IMG/VR virus record: IMGVR_UViG_3300035698_010479
Span: 124,001 to 188,000 of that record
DNA: 64,000 nt
Direction: 5' to 3' (one strand)
In this document: positions 18,244 to 28,400 of the stretch, piece by piece
Numbering within the stretch: the first letter of the stretch is position 1
Layout: every line of letters begins with the position of its first letter
Translations under genes and position numbers: made by a program
Notes under the pieces: model-generated
The model's input: only the letters and a program-made list of their open reading frames with translations
What the model was told of the DNA's origin: nothing
The model's database searches: none

Positions 18244-21200
18244 CTAAATAGTTGTTAACCAATCTACTATTATTTGTGCATTACTACCCATAGATCGACG
18301 ATTACTGCCCTTAACTGTCCTAACATATACAATCTCGAAAGACCCGCTTGGGACTTGCTCAAATACTATAGGCAAATTTTCAGAGCCTGGTCCGTAAAAG
18401 GCTATATTATCTTTTGATAGTTCTATAAAATTCTCAGGTGTATATAAAAATTCGCCTTCTATGTTTTGAGTATTTACTAAAAAATCCTCCTTACAATAGT
18501 TGTATACTTTTATATTCTCATAAACAAAGGCACTATGGTCATTGTAAACCTGGGCTGTTTGTGTAATACCACCACCAAGCTTAAAGAAGGCTAATTTAGT
18601 GTCAGATACTTCCCAAGTTGACAAACTATTTAAGGTTAATATACCGTTTATAAATAGTTTAATAGTATAACCACCGGTTATGTCTGATCCATCATTACTC
18701 CAGACAAGTCCAATATGTGCTATTTTATTTCTACCTATAAAAGTATGTGCAGGTAACTCAGTAGTACTAAATAAACTTTGTTTTCTTATATTACCAGCGA
18801 ATACCTCAAACCAGTTTCCAGGTTTTATTCTGAGAGATATTATATCATTAGTATTACTACTTAGCGTGAATAATGTCGCAGCATGAATCTCCCCAAAAGC
18901 ATCTCTCCCTAGAGAGTCAACACCCATCTTTACCCAAAACTCAATTGAACCTCTATCTAAGTTAATGTTAGATAAAGGCATCATTAAATAATCATTATAT
19001 GTTAAACATACGCCGTTTGAGTATTTAACTGGTGTGTCAAAATAATTTCTAACGATAGAAAAATTATCAAATAATAATATTAAAGGATTACCAAGGCCTC
19101 TAAATTGTACATAAAGTGTAGTAAGATTTCTTTCATTACTTTGTAGACTTAATATAGTTTCTAAAAATTCAGTAGACCCGCTAGTTCTGGTTGGATGTAC
19201 ACTAGAGTAATCATAAAAATTCAGATGTACATCATTCCAACCAGTAGTAAGAGGTATATCAGCTATGTTCCATACATAATAAAAATCTTTCGTATCACTT
19301 CCTATAACTCCTAAAACAACCTTACCAAAAGATGTATCAAGATTTTCTATATTATCTATATATAAGAAGAAATGAAAGGCATCAGATATTGACCATAATA
19401 AGTCTTGGCCAAAATGATCTGCCTCTGATAGAGTAAGAGTTTCTATAAGACTGGAAGCTGGATAAGCTACTTTTAATGAACGTTTACCTACTTTAGTATT
19501 TGTACTATCATTAGATAATATAGATATATTTGATAGCCACCACCACCAATAAGCCGTTGGTATATATTTGTCACCACCATACACTTCAATTTTGTCTAAG
19601 TAATCCTTGCTAGACATATCGTCTAGAAATGTATAGGAGTAATTAGTGGCAGTGTCTCTTACAATAGCTACCCATTTTGTTAAATCATATAGTCTATATA
19701 TTTTTAAATTTCTTAGTCCCCAAGAATTTTCAATGTCTATATGTTGTCTTGCATATATATTAAAATAACCATCGTACTCTACGAAAAATTCATGTTTCTG
19801 TTTCTGCCATCCGCTACCATATACATTAGCATAAATAACGATAGTACTATTCCCTTCAAAATCAACACTAATTTCGTCCACATTTTGTGGGTAGTATGCA
19901 TCCCAATCTATATAGTGATGTCCTTGTGCTAAAAATAAAGAGGTCACTAATAAATACTCCATTGAGTACTTAAGATCATCTGTACTAAAATCACTATTAT
20001 ATTCTATAGTGTAGTCCTGTCCTTTGATAAAGGATGCTTTATTAGGGTCAGATGTTAAACTATCGGAGTAACTTATAAACTCACTAGAGTTGTCCCATTT
20101 CGTGTTACTGACCTGTGTAAGTAAAGGAGATCCTTGTCTAAAAGAATTATAAAGTTTCACATCAACAACATTAAACTTGTCTCGTAAATCTAAACATACT
20201 ATCGGAAAATCCTCACTATTTATATAAGGAACGTTTGTCTTTGCAAATATTTCTATTTCTCTTAAAAAACCTAAACTAGCATTCAAATGTGTGGAATTAA
20301 AAGCATCTGTAGGTACGTCTATAGTTTCAAAAGAGGTTATTTCAAATTTGGCTCTTCTAGCATATATAAAATCAAACTCATGTGTTTGAGTTACTGAGTT
20401 TTTTATATTAGCGGCTGTGTACACTAGTACCCAAGTTCTATTAGACCCATCCACTGTATTATCAATATACAACTTATAGGCCTTGTTATAACCTAGTGCC
20501 ACATTTGGTGAATAACCGTTATGTACACTAAATGATCCTACAAAATATTCTGAGTCAAACTCTATATACAGGATAGGATTGGTACCCTTCTCATACGCCC
20601 AGCAATATTCTGTACCATATTTTGAAGATGTACCATCAACAGCTTTGCTTGGTAAATTATCACCATAAAAAGTTGTACCCGATACAGTAGTATCTAAAGC
20701 TATGTTTTTTAATGGCGTATACTGTGTTAGAGAAGCATCTAAAGGTAGCCAAGAATTATTTAAGCCACCATCCTTACAAAAAACATTGGTTATATCCGTA
20801 TAAATTCCTAATTTTTCTATTGATTTTATTAAATTATCTGAACAATCCATCTGAATACCTAACCATCTGCAATCCGAAAATGAAGAATTAAAAATAGCAT
20901 CATCTATATTACCATAACTATTAGAGTACTGTGTTTTCAATTGTAGTGACACATCAAACAAATTACCTATACCGTAATGGCGTACTATTGATAAACTATG
21001 TCTTTTTTCAAGATCAAGAACAAAAGCTATAAACAGATCTTGTCTTTGAAGTGTACTTATAGAGTTTAAAGAGTAGTTATTGTTATTTACACCAGATAGT
21101 ATATTTATAGTTAATTCGTTACCTGTCGCTATTATGTTTAAACTGTCAATAGGTGTCAACTCTGCCAGTTCTATACCTAACCAAGTTCCTGAGGTAATCA

Positions 21201-24200
21201 TTGGTCTATAATTAAAACTTACATTATATATATCGACCTCAAGTAGTACTTTAGAGGCTCTAAAATAAAAAGATGATATTTTACCAGAAAAACTTAAAAT
21301 AAATGTAGCTATATGTATATGCTTTCCTAGGTATAATGAAATAGTTCTACCAGCTTTTCTTATACAGATATTATTAATCTGCAACATATTAAAATAACAT
21401 CCTAAGCTACTGCTGGAAAATAGTATATTGTCCCCTTCAAATATTTTTATAAAATGACCGGAAACGCAACTTGTTAAATAGGCACCAACTGGTACGGACC
21501 AATTTAACCAGAATATTTTTTCAGCGCCGCTATAGAACTCAAAATTACATTCAGCTCCAGAAAATATGTAAGAGGGATGTGTAGTGCTGAAATAGTAGTC
21601 AAAAATAAATTCAAAGTTATCTGAATTATTAAACCTATAAGTACTTAGATTAATAGTACCAGATTTACCACGTATATGTAAATATTTATTATCCACAACA
21701 ATAGCTTCTGGTGATTTTGTACCGAAAATTGAAAATTCATCAAAAGTACCTTCAGAAAATGAGTCTTTAAAAGTATAATAATTTTGAATATTAACACCAT
21801 CAGATACGATATAATCAGACGATGTATTTGGTATAATATCAGGTAATAGCACTTTACGTATTTTTGTACGTTTACCTTCGAAAGAAACTATTATATCATT
21901 CACTACACTAACTCTATCAGAGTTAATAACTTGAAACCTCCAATATTTGCTTGATACAGGGTTTATATAACCGCTGAACTTGTACATATGCATGAAGCGT
22001 TCATTAGAAAAATTAATAGCCACACCAGAACTTACTGTTCCAAACTTAAACCAGTCAAAGGTATTATAAGAGTAATATGCCTCTTTATTATCCGCCAGGT
22101 TAGCTAGGCCATAACTAAAGCAGTTTGTAGCACACTGTCCCCTGCTATATTTTATTGGAAAATCATCGCTTTTATATAAAAAGCACGTAGGGCCTAATTC
22201 TGAATCCTTAATAGACTCCATGGAGTTTAATTTATTCCACATTATAATATTCTTACTACTAATTAAATCTCTTGGTATATCTACAGTAAGGTCAAAAGCT
22301 TTATTATAAATATTAGTTATGGTTATCTCTTTACTATCGTTAATTATACCATTTTTAGCCTCACTTAATAATACCAATGAATCTTCTGTGTAAGCTTGTT
22401 CTGTAGTGGTTATCGAAATTTCTCGCATATTAAACGCAGTTTGTGATTCAAAAGATACCCTAAAGTATCTCGGTGTACTTCCTACAAAAGCAGATGTTGT
22501 AGTTTCGTCTAATGTTTTAAAACCTGTTGTGCGCCACTTATCTTTATAATCAGAAAAATGAAGGATAGTATTATCTACCATAGATACATCATTTGGTATT
22601 CTGGAATATACTTCCATCTCGGTAACCTTTGTGCTATTATGCTTATCACAAAAAATTCTAAACCCTTTACATGATATAGGTTCAAATTCATGTCCTAAAA
22701 TACTCCAATCTACAAAATATGTAGATATATGATCTGAACATGTTTCCGGGTTATCATAATCAGCGCTGTACAAATTCGTTGTGGCTGGATTCTTAAATAA
22801 ATATCTATCTATGTTATCATTATCACCTAAATTATATCTAACACCGTTTAGATATAAATGTTTATACTCTGGCACTAAGTCATATTCAACAGCATCGGCA
22901 TTACCTGAGTAGTGGTATGAACCACCATATGTAGATAAGGCTATGTTTCTAAAATTATTCTCTTCTTTAAAATAAATTACACTTTTATGTACATCAAATT
23001 TATGCTCTGCAGGGAAAAGGAGCGTAAATGCTATGGGATCAGTAGTATAATTAATTGAACCGCTTGTTGGCTTCTTTGCTCCACAGTACTCCGTTAAACC
23101 ATTACATACTGTTGCGTAGGGCCATTCAAAGTCACCATTTACATAAAAATAAGCATGATCTCCAAAAGTAGCTATTCCGTTATCTTGGGTGTATATATCA
23201 CCCTCTTTACCATTGTCAGCTGTTATTACCAAGTCATCGAGACAATCTTTACCATAGTATATATTATTATGTGTATCATACCATAGACCGCCATAAACTG
23301 TTAAGTATACTCCAGCATGATTGTGTGTTTCATTAAATAAGTTAACATTCCAGGTTACATCCAAGCAAGAAGCTAGATTAAATTCATAAAAACCTTCAAG
23401 TTCTTCACCGGATACTATGAAGTCAGATACGTTTAACCTAAAACCTATGTCAATATCTAGAATTGTATTATTTTGTTTTAGGTCCCCTCTAGCGTATATA
23501 GCAAAACCGCCTACACCATACGAATATGAAGTGCTATCTAAAACACTATGTTCTATATCACCATTTACTTGTATAAAAGTAGCGTCGGGTAAACCTGTAG
23601 ATGTCTTTCCAACGTATAAATTAGCATTATAGATACCTAGTACATCACCTTTATTGACCAGAACATCATAATCTACTCTAGAAACTATAGGATTGGCAGT
23701 ATATAATGTATTTGCCTTGTCCATCGGTAAGGGTATTGAGTGTACAAGAGAAAAGCTGCCGTCATTATGTGGTCTTAATATTTTTAAAGCAGCTCCACTA
23801 TAAAGAACGCCGTAGACCCAGAAATGTTTTAATTTACCATTATTATCAATTCGTTTAGAAAGATCAATAATTGTCTTACCTGTGTTATCAAAAGAAGCAT
23901 AACCTGTTACATCTTCCAACTCTGAAATAAGCTTTGATGTACCAATTTCATTAAAGTCTCTTCTACCGCCTTCAACAGAATATTGAGATGGGTTATGTAC
24001 ATAAGCTATGTCACCGTCCCCATCAACAAGTGCATTTATTTCAAATGTTTGTAGAAGCCTAGTACTGGCGTAGTCAAACCCAGTAGCTGGATCGGAACCA
24101 GTAACGCTCTCGTATGTAGGTTCCATGTCCGAATTAAAGAAGCCTAATTCTTCCGCAGCTTTTGAATATTTTATTACAACACTACTAGTGTTTCTATTAG

Positions 24201-25062
24201 TACCACTAGATATTTTAATTACATCATCTTCAGTATATTCAACTTTTACAAAAGAATATCCTCCTATATTTATAGTACTTATACTGTTACCAAGTACTTT
24301 GGCAATATCATTACCAGACATTAAGGTATTATTACCTAATTCTATATGCTCTATACCGTAGTCATCTATATCTAGTAATAAATCACTACTCTCATTGCTC
24401 ACTAAGGAGTAGTTAAGTTTTTTTGTATTAGCTTTACAATAGGCCCTATTTCCAGCACCTGGACATGGATGAGAATAGTATTGATAATACGAACAATCGG
24501 TGTTAATACACATCCAAAAATCTTCAGAAGTTATACGTAGTGATTTAAGAAAAAATTTGTCTCCGGTGTGTCCATCTATGAATGGATAGAATCTAAGATT
24601 ATTTATATCTCCTTGCCACCATTTGTACGGGCCCATGTTCAATTTATAATATTCCCAAGTACCTATACCTGTTATATCAAACTCTATAGTACGGTCAACT
24701 GACCAAGCAATGTCATCGGTCCTCAACCACATTATCTTACCTTTTGTTAAGCCCTTAACCGTTCTATCTGTATTTTCGTCTATAACTTTTAATATAAATT
24801 CTATAAAAAAGTATTCTTCAGCACTAACAGACAAAAAAACCTCTGTTCTACTTATGTGGCAGTCTGGTAAGTAAGCAGAGCCAAATAGTATATTATTCCA
24901 ACAACCATACATATACACATTATTATATATATCCCAACCATCTACATTACCGTTATTAGAAAAATCAGTAAAATACCCATTAGTTGAGTCGTATCTACAA
25001 AGTTCGGAATTGCTTATATACTTAGCATCTCTTAAGAAATTATGCTTCATGTTTTTTAACAA
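18244..25062 (-). CDS. very large virion adhesin-like protein (2272 aa) with discoidin/F5-8 and LamG-like domains
   Basis: NIALDTTVSG...PSKAVDG...W...YARRAKFEI...LREIEIF (F5/8); RGSIEFWVK...HIGLVW...KLFING (LamG). True start may be the ATG at 25050. Confidence 0.6.
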   Translation of the reverse strand: MLKNMKHNFLRDAKYISNSELCRYDSTNGYFTDFSNNGNVDGWDIYNNVYMYGCWNNILFGSAYLPDCHISRTEVFLSVSAEEYFFIEFILKVIDENTDRTVKGLTKGKIMWLRTDDIAWSVDRTIEFDITGIGTWEYYKLNMGPYKWWQGDINNLRFYPFIDGHTGDKFFLKSLRITSEDFWMCINTDCSYYQYYSHPCPGAGNRAYCKANTKKLNYSLVSNESSDLLLDIDDYGIEHIELGNNTLMSGNDIAKVLGNSISTINIGGYSFVKVEYTEDDVIKISSGTNRNTSSVVIKYSKAAEELGFFNSDMEPTYESVTGSDPATGFDYASTRLLQTFEINALVDGDGDIAYVHNPSQYSVEGGRRDFNEIGTSKLISELEDVTGYASFDNTGKTIIDLSKRIDNNGKLKHFWVYGVLYSGAALKILRPHNDGSFSLVHSIPLPMDKANTLYTANPIVSRVDYDVLVNKGDVLGIYNANLYVGKTSTGLPDATFIQVNGDIEHSVLDSTSYSYGVGGFAIYARGDLKQNNTILDIDIGFRLNVSDFIVSGEELEGFYEFNLASCLDVTWNVNLFNETHNHAGVYLTVYGGLWYDTHNNIYYGKDCLDDLVITADNGKEGDIYTQDNGIATFGDHAYFYVNGDFEWPYATVCNGLTEYCGAKKPTSGSINYTTDPIAFTLLFPAEHKFDVHKSVIYFKEENNFRNIALSTYGGSYHYSGNADAVEYDLVPEYKHLYLNGVRYNLGDNDNIDRYLFKNPATTNLYSADYDNPETCSDHISTYFVDWSILGHEFEPISCKGFRIFCDKHNSTKVTEMEVYSRIPNDVSMVDNTILHFSDYKDKWRTTGFKTLDETTTSAFVGSTPRYFRVSFESQTAFNMREISITTTEQAYTEDSLVLLSEAKNGIINDSKEITITNIYNKAFDLTVDIPRDLISSKNIIMWNKLNSMESIKDSELGPTCFLYKSDDFPIKYSRGQCATNCFSYGLANLADNKEAYYSYNTFDWFKFGTVSSGVAINFSNERFMHMYKFSGYINPVSSKYWRFQVINSDRVSVVNDIIVSFEGKRTKIRKVLLPDIIPNTSSDYIVSDGVNIQNYYTFKDSFSEGTFDEFSIFGTKSPEAIVVDNKYLHIRGKSGTINLSTYRFNNSDNFEFIFDYYFSTTHPSYIFSGAECNFEFYSGAEKIFWLNWSVPVGAYLTSCVSGHFIKIFEGDNILFSSSSLGCYFNMLQINNICIRKAGRTISLYLGKHIHIATFILSFSGKISSFYFRASKVLLEVDIYNVSFNYRPMITSGTWLGIELAELTPIDSLNIIATGNELTINILSGVNNNNYSLNSISTLQRQDLFIAFVLDLEKRHSLSIVRHYGIGNLFDVSLQLKTQYSNSYGNIDDAIFNSSFSDCRWLGIQMDCSDNLIKSIEKLGIYTDITNVFCKDGGLNNSWLPLDASLTQYTPLKNIALDTTVSGTTFYGDNLPSKAVDGTSSKYGTEYCWAYEKGTNPILYIEFDSEYFVGSFSVHNGYSPNVALGYNKAYKLYIDNTVDGSNRTWVLVYTAANIKNSVTQTHEFDFIYARRAKFEITSFETIDVPTDAFNSTHLNASLGFLREIEIFAKTNVPYINSEDFPIVCLDLRDKFNVVDVKLYNSFRQGSPLLTQVSNTKWDNSSEFISYSDSLTSDPNKASFIKGQDYTIEYNSDFSTDDLKYSMEYLLVTSLFLAQGHHYIDWDAYYPQNVDEISVDFEGNSTIVIYANVYGSGWQKQKHEFFVEYDGYFNIYARQHIDIENSWGLRNLKIYRLYDLTKWVAIVRDTATNYSYTFLDDMSSKDYLDKIEVYGGDKYIPTAYWWWWLSNISILSNDSTNTKVGKRSLKVAYPASSLIETLTLSEADHFGQDLLWSISDAFHFFLYIDNIENLDTSFGKVVLGVIGSDTKDFYYVWNIADIPLTTGWNDVHLNFYDYSSVHPTRTSGSTEFLETILSLQSNERNLTTLYVQFRGLGNPLILLFDNFSIVRNYFDTPVKYSNGVCLTYNDYLMMPLSNINLDRGSIEFWVKMGVDSLGRDAFGEIHAATLFTLSSNTNDIISLRIKPGNWFEVFAGNIRKQSLFSTTELPAHTFIGRNKIAHIGLVWSNDGSDITGGYTIKLFINGILTLNSLSTWEVSDTKLAFFKLGGGITQTAQVYNDHSAFVYENIKVYNYCKEDFLVNTQNIEGEFLYTPENFIELSKDNIAFYGPGSENLPIVFEQVPSGSFEIVYVRTVKGSNRRSMGSNAQIIVDWLTTI

Positions 25063-25438
25063 AGGGACATACAGCTATTATATCTTTATAACAGTTACCT
25101 TTGTTATCAACACCATCGCATATATTACAATAAACTAAACCATTGTCAGGATTTATACTGCCAGGATTTACTATATGTTTAAAAACATGTATCTTTCTAA
25201 ATCTTTTTACATCTGCCCTAACACTTTCTTGTCGTTTAAGTTCATATTCTTTAAATGTATATTTAAATATACTCATACAGTTAATACATTTGTATATTAG
25301 CGGAGTTTTTAAAGCGATTTCCTCTATAACATGAACTTCATCATTTATATAATCTACCTTAGATATATACTCAGCTATAGAAGAGTCATAGTCAAACTCT
25401 AATGTATGTTTGCAGTTATCACATTGTATGTTAAACAT
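25040..25438 (-). CDS. zinc-binding hypothetical protein (132 aa)
   Basis: CDNC, CINC, CNIC plus two further Cys; GAGG RBS. Confidence 0.65.
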   Translation of the reverse strand: MFNIQCDNCKHTLEFDYDSSIAEYISKVDYINDEVHVIEEIALKTPLIYKCINCMSIFKYTFKEYELKRQESVRADVKRFRKIHVFKHIVNPGSINPDNGLVYCNICDGVDNKGNCYKDIIAVCPFVKKHEA

Positions 25439-25449
25439 TTATTACCTCA

Positions 25450-28400
25450 TTATAATGATGCTAATCTTTCAGCTATGGCCATATCTGGATTCGCCAACCT
25501 TGTTAATGCATCAGATAAACCATAAGAATACAGATCTAATATATCTCTTTCATGTACAAAGCCATATATCCCCGAAACTCGCCCCCACTTATAGCTGAAA
25601 ATAGTAACTACTTGTCTTAGTCCACCACCACCACAGTTGAAGAAGTCTCTGAAACTGTTATTATCCCAAGTCCAGTTATGCCCCTCCGGGTAGTATAATT
25701 GTTTAGATGGTACAGCTCTTAAAGGCACCATTGAATTATTTTTAAATGTACATATCCATTCAGGAAAAGAAGTAACTCCTGTATTACTCAAGGTTTCTTT
25801 AAACACATCCTTAGCTATAGAATTATAAGAAATTACTTCAGCACCTCTTAGGGCTATATCGTCGTACAATTCCTTTTGCTTCAATTCAAAATCTAAATAT
25901 GATCCATATATATTTTCAGCATCCTGTTGAATACTACCGCAATGTCTAGACTGTGTCTTACCTACACACGAAAATTCACCTGAGCTATTAGACATACCAA
26001 CCATCCCCCAAGCATTATCATATTGATATGTAGTAGATAGTTCCTTAGTACTTGGGTATAGTAATGACCCCTCGTTCTCAAAACCATGTATTGGATAAGT
26101 ACCATATTCCCCAACAGAGATATTAAATTTTCTTTCATGTACTTGAACAGTTTCTTCTTGTTTTGTAAAAAGAACTTTGCTAAACTTTATGGAATCTAAA
26201 AGTATATAATGAAAAAACTTTATGTTATCATCAACAAAATTAATTTTATCAATAGAGTAATTGAATGTGACGCTGAATCCTAAACTAAGTTCCGACATAT
26301 ATGTTTGGTCAAGGTTCGTTATTTTATACCTTTTAGAAAATGGTGCCAAAGGTTCGTCTATATCAGCGGAAATAAAATCAAATTTTTCTACATCTTTGAA
26401 AACTACACCATCAACTGATCTCTTCAATACCACTTCAGGTATATGAAAGTAGTTAAATAATTCTATAGGCTCAGCTGTATTATTTTCAGATTCTTCATTT
26501 TGTACCTCTTTCCCTTTAAGAAAAGAAATATCTAATTGTCCTATATTAACTGGTTGTTCAAACCTGAATGTTATAGTAAAAGAGGAACTTTGAAAAAAAT
26601 ATTTCATACCAAAAGATTCTGATGCTGGGTAAAATTCTGTTATGTCTAAAATGGAATAATCTGAGTCGTCTGATGACTGTTTAGACAATTTAAATTCATA
26701 AGGTAAAGCTAAAGGTTCAAAAATTTTAGGTATGTACTTTATAAGGCTGGAATTTAACATAACGTATAGCCCCCTATTAAAATACATATCATACTGATCA
26801 CCATCTTTGTATATAGATACCATACGTTTAGCATCTTTAGCATTACTCATAGCTAATTCTAACGAGTCCACTACTTCTGTTTCACCGTCGTAAAGAATAA
26901 AACCGCTGCCAATCATAGTTTCTATAGCCATTACTTCAAGGTCTGCTTCACTTGAAATAGAATTTAACCAGTTAGTTTCGTAGCATAATTTGTAAAAATC
27001 AATATGCTTTTTAATATCTTCTGTAGATATTGAATCAAAAATTATACCCTCTTCTAAAATGGCTGTATCTGTAATTATTTCAAGTTTAGTATTAAGTAGA
27101 CGTACAGGACCATTATCCCCTAGCCTAACTATAAAATAGGTAGGAAGCGGATTTTCTATATTGTATTTTGACGGTTCCCATATAATCTTATGAAACCCTT
27201 CTTCCGGTATACGTCTGAATTCATCTATTCTAAAATCATAGGTGTAATTAGTATAATAGATATCTAAAAAACGTAAATAATTTGAATGCATATCACTAGT
27301 ATCACATAAATAAAAGTCCATATCCATAAGTACAGTACGTATATCTATGATTTCCCTCTCCAGTGGCTTCCAACGCTCACGCCAAGCCCATTGTATAGCT
27401 CCTGGTGATAACCCACCACTCTCATCAGCTGGTACGTCCTTATAAGTAAGCCACGCAGTTATCGGTCTAGGTGTCAGTTTACCTTGGTAATAGGCTTTCC
27501 TAGGTGAAGGATAAACCATACCTGTAGTAGTACTGTGGGCAAGAAAAATTTCAGAAAATCTATAACGTTTTAGAGAACCTTCTGAAAATTCATCAGTACT
27601 TTTAAGTAACTCTTCACTAATAGAAGTATTATCAACATTTCTAGCTGCTAGTAAGCCCATCTGATGAACGTAAGTTGTTGTAATATCAGACTCATTGAAA
27701 TAATTTTTCCATGGGAACTCTGTAAAATTACTACTAAGTGCCATATCAGAAAATGCCTCGTATATAGGCAACCATTTTTTATCCATGGACACACCACCAT
27801 AGTCATTTACAATTGGAAAGTGTAGTGCCGCTATTGATCTAAAACTATGTAGGTATGGTCTATGTTTATTACCAAATTTTGGGGGCGTGCCACCATTCTG
27901 TATCATATAATATAATGTTTCCCCTTCCACCCCAGCGCGTATTCTTGCGAAACCCCCAAACCACGGTGTAGATATCATATCATTATTATGATACACGTAA
28001 TCACAACCACAAGCCCATACTGTAGCATGTGTATCTACTGTAAAACCGTAGTGTTTTGCTGGCCCTAGCATTCTAAGGTCCTCAGAGCCGTGCTCAGTGT
28101 CGAAGTTCGGTTTGCCTACATCATCTAACCAGAATTCTAAAAAACCCTCGTCATTCTCATAATTACCACTGCTTAAGGCATACTTACCGTAAGGGTCACA
28201 AGCCGTATAAGGATACCACATAAGAGAGGGCCTACGTGAAATACTCCCAAAACTATGATCACCACACCTTGGGGTAGATCCACCTATTCCTGTATCAACT
28301 GGTGCAGCGCCTATATGTGCTACAAAACAATAACCCGTTGGTAATAATAAAGTCTCTTGATAATTGGCCTTCCAAGAGTACATTATTTCAACATCGCTAC

